DNA of 64,000 nt from Macrostomum lignano. Its lineage: Eukaryota. The translations under genes were made by a program, and so were the position numbers. The notes under the pieces were generated by a model. It saw only the letters and a list, made by a program, of their open reading frames with translations. It ran no database searches and was not told where the DNA came from. Location of the stretch: contig NIVC01001371.1 in assembly GCA_002269645.1 (NCBI GenBank), positions 124,001 through 188,000 on the forward strand, read 5' to 3'. Numbering within the stretch: position 1 is the stretch's first letter; each line of letters starts with the position of its first letter. This document shows, piece after piece, positions 47,956 to 60,500 of this stretch.

Positions 47956-50900
47956 GTTTCATAGCTTTGTTCTCAAAATAAAAACCTTTTTTCATAGATT
48001 ATGTTTACCTAATGTAAAATTGAAAGCAAAGCAATTTAAATTCTTATTAATAAACTAGCCTGAAGTTTGGGTCTAGCTACAGCTGTGATTGTGTTAGTTA
48101 AAAAAACAAGTTAAGTAGGCCTACTATGCCTAGGCCTAGATATAGGCCTATAAATAAAATAAAAGTTGTATTTGAACACTATACAAAACTAGGCCCTATA
48201 GTGTTTGATATGAATTCAGATGCAGTAGATGGCTAACAATTTCTAAATGTAGCTATGGGACACCTAAAAACGTTGGCCTATTCTTAGGCTTTTAAAGGTA
48301 GAGCCGCGGAATCAAAGATCTTTCTTTTCGACTAAATATCTTGGGGTAACGTCACAAACCATAAATCACGCAGTTGGCAGCTGATATCGGTCGCGATTGG
48401 ACATTGCTCTACGGGTCGTTCGCAAATTCTAGAAGGAGCAAAAATTTTAACAATTTTCCGAACATTTACTATTGTTACTGCCATATTCAAAATAATAGGA
48501 CACTTTTATCTGTGAATAAAGATAATTTTTGGGTTGAACTTTATCATGCAAAAGTGTTTTTAATCATCTGGCGGTATTAAGCGATAATTAGCGATGAAAA
48601 AATTCAAATTCAATCATTTCACCGATGTTAATTTTTGATACTACAAGATGTCTGTAGCTAAAACAAGTTGTTGTTGTGTTGAAACCTTGCTATATTACAT
48701 TTAAAATGAAAGCTTATATAAATTTAATTTAAGAATTTTTTAAAGCACAATAAACTGCACTATAAATGATTTTATAGACGCTTAACTGGACGCCTAGCAT
48801 TTCCGGTGGGATAGCCTCTTTGCGTCTCACAAAATGTATTTTTCAGCTGACGTCTAGAATGTGCGCTTAAAATGATACATTTTGATGCAGATAATTAGAA
48901 AAACATGTCTTATTATCTTTTTGTAAAAAATTGTTATGAAATAGAGCACTATTATTGATAAAAATAATTAAAAGCAACCATGCATCGCAATTAACTCCTA
49001 CTTTGAAGCACAAAATAAATATCCTGTAACCACACTAGCATTCTCCATGGAGCACCTTTTGAGCTGAAATTTTACACAGATATCCAGTAAAGTAAACTGA
49101 GCAAATGATTTTTTTTGTTTTTGAAAATACTTCAATTTGGCTATGTATCAGTTAGTTCATTGGACATATTTATTATATTTTTATTAAAATCCTTGTAACC
49201 AAGCTACAGAGAAACATGTGCAAAACTGGACCTTGAAATTTGACCTGAATGATCAGCAAATGTGTATCTCGAAATGATTTTTTTTGTTTTCATCAAGTCA
49301 TTCTATGCTAATTTTTTCTGAAGGGAAAGATACCATATATTTAGAGTCAATAGGGGAAGCATTTAAACTTATTCAATAGTCATTAAAATTGCAACTATAT
49401 TATTATAATATAGTAATACTATTATACCTGTATTATATAGTAATATTAACTTCTAAGATGCCCTTATAAATTTAAGTAAAGACAACAGGCCTTAATTAAT
49501 TAATCAGCATTTTGAAGAAACTGACCTTATACAGATGGGCCCCAAGCTAAGAAATGAATGTAGAGCTTATTTCGTGTAAGGTATAAAAATCAATTTATTA
49601 TAATAATAAATACTCCTAATAAATTGGTTAAATTAGTTATTTACCTTGAATTAATTTAATTTAATAATTAAATATATAAATTTGTTTCACTTCTTACTGC
49701 ATTTAAATAGAGTACCTCTCTACTATACTATAGAAGTATAGTAAAAGTATGGTAAAAAAGTATAGTAAAAAATTTTCTTTAGTTTAATCCCAGCTTGCCT
49801 CAGTTTTTTAGTCTTAATACGAGCTAGATAGTAAGTGTTGATTAATTTGCTCCATCACCTTTTGCCACGGAAACAGCACATGTCGGACATGCAACACTCT
49901 TCCTGATCCCTGGATCCAAGATGACTGCTTCTGCTTCTTCAATGCTTGAAAACTGAGCTCATGGAGCTTTAGGTTATGCTGTCAGAGTGCTGCTGCCGGT
50001 GCTGTGTGTGTATGTGTGTGTCTTCTGTGGGTAGGTTCCCTGTCCCTCAGTTTAGCCACTGTTGTGGGCTAACTGGAGGAATTGCCGTTGTCGGTGCTGC
50101 AGGTGGCACTGCATGGTAGTATTGACGCTGTCAGTGACGCTGGCAAAGGCTTGGACGAAGCTAGGTGCCGTCATTGTCAGAAGGACATGCGTGTGCTGCT
50201 TAGACCAGTGCGCACATTCGACTGGACTCGTATCTGGTGCAGTCTGGTGTATTCACTGAGATTGTGTGGATCTGCCTCCTCGCATCACCTCAACCAGGCT
50301 CAATTTCTTTTGTAGAATTTTCGTGCGCTGCTTAACTGCATCTTGTGCCTGCTGAGTGATGCCAAGAATTGTGCCACACAATAATTTGGCCCATAAACTA
50401 CTCGTATATTATACATATGTATGCACAGCACACACACACGCTGTTCATTCATATTAAATGTACTAGTTAATGGAATTCTCATCTCATGAGCTCTAGTCTA
50501 TGGACAAACCTGAAATTACTAGAATATCTAGATAGATCTAAACTTCTTTGAGCAGCGCGCTGCGCTGCGATCAAAATACATGTAGATTCTTTAGCGCAAC
50601 TAATTAATAATGTAGTACAGTCTACAGCCTGAAGTAGCCTGTGTAAGATGCGGAGGGATGATTTTTGCATAGGAAGCCACTACGGTAAGGTTGATGGAAC
50701 TATGGGGAGGTGAGAGATTCAAAGCGAGGGACGGAAGCCATGCATAGTTCGATCATAAGTTTAATTTTTGCATGAGTCTGGGGATGCATTAACGAGAGGC
50801 GGACGAGAGCATAGAAATAAAGCGGGCTAAAAAATATTAATACACAAAATTACATGTGCTAGCTAGTAATTTCAGAATGGTCAGCGACTCCTCCGATTTG

Positions 50901-53456
50901 TATCCGCGACCGCGTGCCCACAAATCCCCCGGCAGACCCTGTCGCAGTTGGTGGTTGTGCACAGAATACAATGTTAATTTTCGAGCTTCTCTGCAAAAAA
51001 TGCGTGATGCACTCAATATGCGTGCTATAGTCTACTTCTTTGATTAGATGGCTGGGTTTTGCCTTTTCACTTGTGATCATCAAAAGCTTGGGCGTCATTG
51101 CTACTGGTGTTTCAGTGTGCGCATTATGTCTGGTTATCATATTATGTGCATGTGCAGTGTCTTTTACCTACATTTTTGTTTGTCTCTGTTTCCTGCATGC
51201 TCTTTCGCATTTTTACACCTCGCACATCCTCATTTTTCTCAATTAACAAGTGAAATCTTTTCTTAAAGACTAATTGCTATTTTAGTTAAGCTAGTAGGTT
51301 TTTGGTAATTAAATAATTCAATTTTGTCTATTTTCCAAAAAGTTTCAAAAAATGAATTAATTAAAATAAATTTGAATTATTTTAAGTTAATTGGAGTAAA
51401 ATGTCTAATAAGTAACTATAATTTTTTATTTTAAGTACATGTAGCTTTGGTATAAGTATTAATGTAATAAGTACTTAAAGTAAAATCAAGCAAGTTATAG
51501 TTTTCAGAAATTATGCTACAAATAATCAAATATATACTAGTATCCGAATTCCTTTATTAAGGAACATGCAGTCGATATTAAATTCACAATGTGCTTTTTG
51601 GTGTTCAAGGATAGTTCCCTGACTTTTTCTATTATTAGTTAGATTTTATTATATTTAATGTAAAAATGAAAACAATTCTATTAACCATAAAAATGAACAT
51701 TCTTTATTTGTCGAATCATCTTAACTTTGAAAAGATACATAGTGAAAACTTGATTTTTAATTCAACCTTTCAAGACTTATTTAGACTTCTTAATTCAGTG
51801 ATTAGTTAAACTGATCGAAGTCCTTTCGAGTGCATGCTATAATAATTTCGCACTTTTTCGCACACGATAATTTTAAATGTCTGGGATTTAGAGCAGAGTA
51901 ACAAAATGCTGTGCTCAAAAACATTTCCTTTGTCAATTTCTTGTTCTTTTATTTTTGCAAAAGAAATTTAACTGCATATTTAAAATAAAAATAGAAGAAA
52001 ATTTTATTTTCTCTTTAATATTTTTGTCGTTTATTTTCCGCAACAAAGAATAACAAATAGCCTTGATTTCTTGTCAATTTCAAGTTTTCTTGTGGTTTTA
52101 GTAGCAGCTTCTTACAGAAATTGTCGAAAGAATTTTTTTTGTACGATTATTGGTCGATGTATAAACTTTTTTTGCAATAACAAAAAGTTGTGACCTAGCT
52201 TTGAGAACGACCCCTACAGGCGTGCTGCTGACCTTGAGAGATTTAAATATAGAACTGATGTTGTATTGTGCAAACAAAGTTTGTTTAAAAACAAATATTA
52301 TTTTCTTTCTGCTCTACTTATCATTTTAGTAATAAATTAACAGAGAGTTTTTCGTTCAACTTTTATGTAAAAAATTTGTTTAGTTTTACACAGACACCGG
52401 CATAAAAAAGCACTTTATTTATAAGCAATAAATTTATTTTAAAGTCACCAGGTTACAGGGGTTGGCGTCCTTGGAAAATTCAGGGGTCAATGGGGTTGGC
52501 TTCCCCCTCCCCACCCCCGTGAAAATTACCCCCAGATCATTACTTCCCCAGGATTTCAGGAAACATAAAAAATGAGCTATAATTCAGCACATGCAATTCA
52601 AATCGTTATTATCCATGCAAGTTCTTCAAATCTGTTTGTATCGAACTTTTGTAGTCCAGAAAGTTATTTTGTTAAAATCTTTATATTCATGCAAACTTAA
52701 AAGCAAAAGTTTCATATTGTCTCTACAATTAAATCACTGTAAGAACACTGCAGCCTTGTAACAATCGTTTTGCGGCATCGAAAAAAACTACATAGACAGT
52801 TACAGCCCAATATCGATTCATCGATTCATCTGTTCTTTGTAATATTATACGTATACATGGGGGATATACATATGATATGACCCCCGCTAGAGCCCAATGT
52901 AAATACATGTAAATGAAAATGGCACTAAATGAGCTGGAAAATTTTTGAAGGTTTGATTTTTATTTGCATAAAGTAGTGAATTACTGTTGTACATGCACAT
53001 TTAAGCAAATATAATTGTAGTGTAATATCTAAGTAGCACCAAGATTTTCACTATAAATCCGCAGCATTTTATTTAAATTGGCACTTCGAGACAATATTTA
53101 GAAGTTCGTGTAGCTGATTTAATCTATCGCACATGTATATAATTTGCATGCTTTGCATGATTTTCATTACAGAAGCTTCCGTTTGTCCAGTGTAGTAGAT
53201 TTTACACACACGATAAGGCTCTAATCACAGTTTAGAATCACTTTATCACGGTAAAATTGTACGTGAGTGTGGATACCAAATAATCGTACATGTAGCTGCG
53301 AAAGCTGCAGTTTTTCTTTGCTCCAGCCTGAAAAAAGTAGGTGGCTTTGTAGTAAAGGCAGGCAAGTTTTAGCTTTCACTACTAAAAGCCTTAATTACTA
53401 AAATAAAATTCACTTATTACATATTTTTACTTGTAAAAGAGAAAGGTACACGCAAT

Positions 53457-56177
53457 ATGACATCCTCACGGCGATCAGGCTGCTCAGGTGCGACTGGCGA
53501 ATCCTCACCTTCAGGACGACAGACACGATGTGCTGTACCACATCGGGCTGGACAGCAGAAAGCAGGACTTCAAGGCCATGTTCGGTGATACAAAGGTAGG
53601 CAGCAGTCATCTAGTCATCTTTAAGTTCAGATTCTTCAAAACTCGCACTCATTTCCCATCTACCACTCATTTCCCATCTCCTAACGCAACTCCGCAGGTG
53701 GTCTGCATGGGCGGCAGCTCGAACAGGATGAAGCGGCTGGCCGAGGACCTGGTTGCTGAGCTGGGCATCCGCCTGCCTACAGGCCAGGGCCTGGTGAACG
53801 TCATCCCGAACACTGACCGATACGTGATGTACAAGGCTGGCCCGATTGTCTGCGTGAATGTAAGTCGCTGACGATGCTGAGCTGCTTGAGCTGTTTGAGT
53901 TGATCTGCTTGCCGCAGAGCCTCCCCGCCCGCGCCCCCAGCACGGCATGGGCATCCCGTCCATCTCGATTCTGCTGCACGAGCTGGCGAAGCTCATGAGC
54001 CTGGCCGGCGCAACTGGAGTCACCTTCATCCGCCTGGGCACCTGCGGCGGCCTAGGAATCGAACCTGGTACCATCTGCATCTCGACTCGTGCCTTGAGCT
54101 GTCAGCTACAGCCATACTTTGAGCAGGTAGTGACTTCACTACTTTTAACAAAAAAATTCTACACTTTTCTTCTTTGCCAGTCTCCTGTAGCATTTCCGGG
54201 AAAAATGCTTCAATGACAAAGTACAAAATTGCTTCGCAAGCTCTAAAGATTGCAAGGTGATCAGGTACTGTCAATTTAGTCTCTATACTGTTATTAGCCA
54301 TGCAGCAAAGATTTGCTGAAGTTTCGCATAAAATGAGCACATTGGATATTATATTAGAGCATCGTGTCATCATTGAAAGCAGATGTACCAATCAGTGTTT
54401 TTGCTGTCAAACTTCGATTGCTTTCTTGGAGAAATCTTCCATGGTTCCATAAGTGTCTACCGTTATTTGCAAGCCGTACACCCTTGGCCTGGATGTTTTT
54501 TTACCCTATTTTGTATACCAGCCATGATGTCTATCATACCGCGTCAGCCAGGCGTACTTGTTGCAATTTAAAGCTTAAAAAACCAGGGCTGACTCCGCCG
54601 CTCCCTGCAGTTCATCCTCGGCCAGCCGGTACAGCGGGAGGCCGTGTTCGACCCGGACTTGGCTCAGTAGCTGCTGCAGCTGGCCAGCGGCCTCAACATC
54701 GAGACCGTCTCTGCCGTCACTCTGTGCACCAGCGACTTCTACGAAGGTAAAGAATGACTGGCTGATTGTTGACCTCATGGACCATTTGCTCAGATTATTT
54801 AGTAGTGTGCTCACTCAGTGGCGATTTAGAGAAAACATGAAGGTAGCCGGTGGTAAACTATTGACTGCGTCATGGAGAGGGGAGCGGCGCTCCATCTGCA
54901 AGCGTTAGCCCTGGGGGAAGGCAGCGGCACTTGATAGAAATCCTGAAAAAAGCACACAAAAAAGATACTATGGATGCTATGGCCACGGTGCCATGTGCCC
55001 GCCAGACCCAAGGCCTCAATGTGAGCCTCGTTGCCGCTCTCGCACCTGCAGAGCAGGGTCGCACAGACGGCGCCGTCTGCGAGTTCAGCATGGAGCAGCG
55101 GAACGAATTTCTGCAGCGAGCATTCGAAGCCGGGGTTCGCAACATCGAGATGGAGTCGCTGGCGCTGGCGGCCATCACGCACCGGCTGGGCATCCGTGGT
55201 GAAACATCTTGGTGGACGCTAGGGCGAGATGGGGGAGAAAGGACGACATGATTCTGAGGGATCAGTAGACAGGCCGCTGAGCATTGATTATACAGGACTC
55301 TGAGCACTGATTAGACAGGACTCTGAGCATTGATCAGACAGGACTCTGAGCATTGATTAGACAGGACTCTGAGCATTGATTAGACAGGACTCTGAGCATT
55401 GATTAGACAGGACTCTGAGCATTGATTAGACAGGACTCTGAGCATTGATTAGATAGGACTCTGAGCACTGATTAAACAGGAATATGACTATCTGAGTACT
55501 GATTTAGACAGGACTCTGAGGGCTCATTAGACAGAACTCTGCGCATTGATTAGACAGGACTCTGAGGGCACATCAGACAGGAATCTGAGAACTCATTAGA
55601 CAGGAATCTGAAGGCTCATTAGACAAGACTCTGAGGGCTCATTAGACAGGACTCTGAGGGCACATCAGACAGGAATCTGAGAACTCATTAGACAGGAATC
55701 TGAAGGCTCATTAGACAGGACTCTGAGGGCACATTAGACAGGACTCTGAGCACTAATCAGACAGGACTCTGCATGAGGGCACATTAGACAGGAATCTGAG
55801 AGCTCATTAGACAGGACTCTGACAGCTCATTAGACAGGACTCTGAGGGCTCATTAGACAGGACTCTGAGGGCTCATTAGACAGGACTCTGAGCACTAATT
55901 AGACAGGACTCTGAGGGCTCATTAGACAGGACTCTGAGGGCTCATTAGACAGGAATTAGCAAAATGAACCAGAATGCCCAATTACCTGTAGCCTGATTTT
56001 CTTGTTGTGACTCAAAATGACTCAACAACACTTTCAGCTGCCTGCATAGCAGTCAGCATGCTGGACAGACTCAAGCATGACCGTCTGGAGCACGAGCCAA
56101 GCCTGCTGGCCGATTTCCAGAACCGAATGCTTCGAATTCTGGCCGCCTTCATCAAAAGCAGAAACATCTGCGGCTAA
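53457..56177 (+). pseudogene. UPP: Uridine phosphorylase paralog 1, disrupted
   Basis: Exons ~53457-53596, 53698-53859, 53941-54126, 54611-54746, 55052-55198 and 56038-56177. The ATG at 53457 is 1 nt out of frame compared with paralog 2, and there is an in-frame TAG at 54668-54670 (GAG in paralog 2). Confidence 0.8.
55290..55955. repeat. Minisatellite, 23-bp unit (GCATTGATTAGACAGGACTCTGA) in UPP-1 intron 5
   Basis: Read directly; absent from the same intron of paralog 2. Confidence 0.92.
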
Positions 56178-56374
56178 TCTTCTTGTGCGTGTGGCTAATT
56201 GATGTTTAAAGCCGTTCGGTGTGCAATTACTCACAAAACTCTATCTTTACTGTCAGATCAAAACACATGTCCAGAACTGATTCAAAAATTAAATGTGTCG
56301 TTTTGAATAACGGTGATTTATAGCCAATAAAGTTTTCAAAAATATCAATATATATCTTATATCTGAGGGGTTGT

Positions 56375-56690
56375 AAGTTAGTGTGGGACTCATGACTGAA
56401 AGGTCGGGGGTTCGATTCTCGACCTACTCGGAACAATTTGTGTCTGTGTCCTTGAGCAAGACACTTAATTCTGCATTGCTTCAGTTCACCCAGCTGTAAA
56501 ATGGGTGCCAGCATTAGCTGGGGTAATTGAGGCTTGTGTGTGTGGCGACCCCCCCCCCAGTCCTTGGACTGAACAGCCGTACGCAGCCTTCAGATGCGCC
56601 GCGCAATCGCTGCGGCTGAGCTGTCGGTTGCCCATCTGCCGATTATTGTAATCGATTAATAATAGTAATAGCGACATAATATTATAGTAA
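56375..56690 (+). mobile_element. CORE-type SINE copy
   Basis: B box GGTTCGATTCTCG near 56408, CORE TGTCCTTGAGCAAGACACTTAA...CCCAGCTGTAAAATGGG, and a tail matching the 25.2 kb copy. Confidence 0.85.
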
Positions 56691-57119
56691 CACTAATAGT
56701 AATATTTAATAATAATTAGTAATTATTCATATTATATATAAAAATTATACTAGCTGACTAATACTGCCGCTAGTTTTTATGATACCATATTCACCAGGAC
56801 ATCCAGTACTTTCAAATACACGTATCATTGAACGTTCGTTCTAAATACTCGTAAACAAAAATTTCAATTCGACAAGTGTTTTGTTTGTCATTTTTGTTGT
56901 TTAAAATTAAATACGCTGAATATTCTAGGAGGTGCAAAGTTTCTGCTTAAAGATCGAAGCACCTCACTTCATCATTAGCTCGCACTTCAGTCAGCTCTTT
57001 AATTGGCAGTGAGTATGAGTAAACTGAACGCGAGTCTAATAACCGGCTTTGACTGGTATCAGTCCGTGAAGGAAGACCCGTCCTTGAAAGAATTGGACGC
57101 TTCTTACCGCATATTAATC

Positions 57120-57290
57120 TTAGTAATAATAATAATAATAATAGATTACACCAACCCTAATGTGCAGATGTGCAACCGACAGCTCAGCCGCAGCTATTGC
57201 GCGGCGCATCTGAAGGCTGCGTACGGCTGTTCAGTCCAAGGACTGGGGGGTCGCCACACACCCTCAGTTACCCCAGCTAATGCTGGCCAC
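57120..57290 (-). mobile_element. SINE 3' fragment
   Basis: (AAT)n plus GATGTGCAACCGACAGCTCAGCCGCAGC...CCCTCAGTTACCCCAGCTAATGCTGG, matching the other copies. Confidence 0.8.
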
Positions 57291-57598
57291 AGATACTATA
57301 AACACTGTGTTTATAGTATCTGTGGGCTAGAGTTTATTCGTCACGTGACTGATAAATAGAATGAATGGCAGTCAGGCCCATACAGATAAGAGAGGACAGT
57401 TCGCTGATAAGACAGGGCCGGGGGCTCCATTTAAACCCTGGTTAGACTTCACTAGCCAGCCCTGATCTTCCTTCGCACACTGGTTCAGGCTGGACTCTGT
57501 GTCAGGCATATACTAATCTTCAGTTAACAAGTCGCTTAAACGCTTTATTTGATTCAAAAAAGACTAAAGAAAGACATCAATCATTTAGCTAACTGAAC

Positions 57599-60500
57599 AT
57601 GGCCTCCACACGGGATCAGGCTGCTCAGGTGCGACTGGCGAATCCTCACCTTCAGGACGACAGACACGACGTGCTGTACCACATCGGGCTGGACAGCAGA
57701 AAGCACGACTTCAAGGCCATGTTCGGTGATACAAAAGTAGGCAGCAGTGTAATAATAATTTCAAAAATAAAAAATATCAACTGTTATATGAGTCATGAGT
57801 CATCTAGTCTTAGACTCTCATGGTCAATAACATCTCTATTTTCTTAGAAATCTATTAGTTGGAGGTCGGTAAGGAATGGACATTTGTCGTATCGCCAAAT
57901 TCGATCAAAAGCACACTGGATGCTCTGGCGATACGACAAATACGCGTTCCTCACCGGCCTCCAGCTCATCTCTAAGAGACTCAAGTGCAGCGTCCTTCTA
58001 CTTCAGTTGTACATGGTCAGTGAGTCAGCGATTGTCGGTTAAATTTTATCATGACATGTCAAGATTGTTGATACAATATCTATGGTGCCCATTTAAGAAA
58101 TGTGACGTAATCTGGGCTGCATAAGAATACTTGTGCAAACCCTATGCAAAAGTCCTCGATTCCAGCACTGACTGTCCTTGTATGCCTCGCATAGAGTCTT
58201 TTAATCGGCCATTTCTAACACAGTTGGGGTCGAAAACCTTCGTCTGCTACAGACCAGGAGTCCCGTCTCGTTAGTGGGAGTTTTCACCGGGTGTGCTTCT
58301 GCACAGGTGACTAGTGGAGGCCGTGTACTTTCAAACAATGTCATCATCCAGAGGCGGACAATGTCTATGGGACCTGTACCTTTCAGCGCCAGAGCCCGGT
58401 GGGACTTACTTGGACATACTGTTACTGCTATCATTTTTGGTTGGATTTGGCTCATACGAGTACTAAGGGATTCCGCACTCTGATCCTCAGCTTCTATTCC
58501 ATGCCCTGCAACAGGCGCACTCACTACTCACATCTCATGCCACGATTCACGGTAAATGAGTAAATAGGCAGAAGCAGACAAAGATTTGAATGGCTAATGC
58601 CCTGGACTTTCTGGCCCGGAATTGAAGCAATAGGGGTGGAGACCTGGCTGACAATACCCAATTGGACAGCGCAAAGGAGGAAAATACCTTAACAGACACG
58701 GCTGAGGGCTGCTTGGCGTGGTGGTTTTCGGATGGTCATGGTGGCGGCTGCAGTCATGGATGAATCCAAGTGACTCAACGTGCTGACCAGAAGTCTCGGA
58801 TTGCAGGGGTGTCGTTAGGAGAGGTCGCAAAAAGATTGGGAAGGGGAATATAGTTAGCGGATTTGTATTGGAAAGTTCCTGAGGATCTAGGAGCAAACAG
58901 AGTGTTCAGGGGAAATTAACTTGGTACTTGAGGGAGATCGCCGGTTCGGGTACTGAGTCCCCCGGAAAAGAGTGGTTTCGATCTCGCGGGAAAAACCAAC
59001 AGGTCGAAACAACCGGAAGCCAATTAACAAGCTGCTGCTCAGAGCTCAAAACAGGCTCTTATTTATAGCCCTGATGAGCGTGATGCGTGATATTGAAGAC
59101 CGTGACCTGTCCTTGACCTCCGTTACCATGCAAGCAACCCTAATGACGTCACCCGCCAGCCACCCTGTCATTGGACAAGAAATTGGGGTGGGGCGCCAGT
59201 GCAGGGAAAAATGATTTATGATGGGGGATTACATAACAGGCGGGAAAAAGCTTGGGGAGATAGGGGGGGAGTCATAAAACTGTCACACGCATGAATGATT
59301 TCAAACAAAAGAAAGGTGGGGTTGGTGCATGGGAGAGTAGGGGAAGGTGATAAGCAGGAGTCGTCGTTCATGGAGCACAGGGATCACAGGGATCACAGGG
59401 ATCACGAGCCTACATCAAATAAATAATACTTCGAGCTATAAACCGAGCTCTCCTAACGCAACTCCGCAGGTGGTCTGCATGGGCGGCAGCTCGAACAGGA
59501 TGAAGCGGCTGGCCGAGGACCTGGTTGCTGAGCTGGGCATCCGCCTGCCTACAGGCCAGGGCCTGGTGAACGTCATCCCGAACACTGACCGATACGTGAT
59601 GTACAAGGCTGGCCCGATTGTCTGCGTGAATGTAAGTCGCTGACGATGCTGAGCTGCTTGAGCTGTTTGAGTTGATCTGCTTGCCGCAGAGCCTCCCCGC
59701 CCGCGCCCCCAGCACGGCATGGGCATCCCGTCCATCTCGATTCTGCTGCACGAGCTGGCGAAGCTCATGAGCCTGGCCGGCGCAACCGGAGTCACCTTCA
59801 TCCGCCTGGGCACCTGCGGCGGCCTAGGCCTTGAGCCGGGCACCGTGTGCATCTCCAGTCGCTCTCTGAACAGCCAGCTGCAGTCGCACCTGTCGCAGGT
59901 GCGGTTGCACTTTTCTTTTGCAAAAAATTTTGGCCGGCGTAATATTTGAATTTCAAACTTTTTAAATTAGGAATTCAGAATAATATTGGACCGCAATGGC
60001 GCCTCTCACTGCAGCGTCTGTGTGTCAATAGAGGGAAATAGGGATATTACATGTAATTATGCCGAAAAAGGCCAAACCATTTTCCCTATAGAACTTGACA
60101 AAAGCTTAAAAAACCAGGGCTGACTCCGCCGCTCCCTGCAGTTCATCCTCGGCCAGCCGGTACAGCGGGAGGCCGTGTTCGACTCGGACTTGGCTCGGGA
60201 GCTGCTCCAGCTGGCCAGCGGCCTCAACATCGAGGCCGTCTCTGCCGCCACTCTGTGCACCAGCGACTTCTACGAAGGTAACAAATGAATGGCTGATTGT
60301 TGACCTCAGGGACCATTTGCTCAGATTATTTGGTAGTGTGCTCACTCAGTGGCCATTTAGAGAAAATATCAAAGTAGCGGGTGGTAAACTATTGACTGCG
60401 TCATGGAGAGGGGAGCGGCTAAGGGCAATCTAAGCCAGGTGTCGGCAGAAATGCCGCTCGCGAGGCCTCTCTCTCTCCGGCCCTCGGGTCCTTTGAATCT

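Noticed and set aside
49950-50320. GC-richer island that might be a gene or LINE fragment
   Set aside because: No convincing motif in any frame and several stops; left uncalled.
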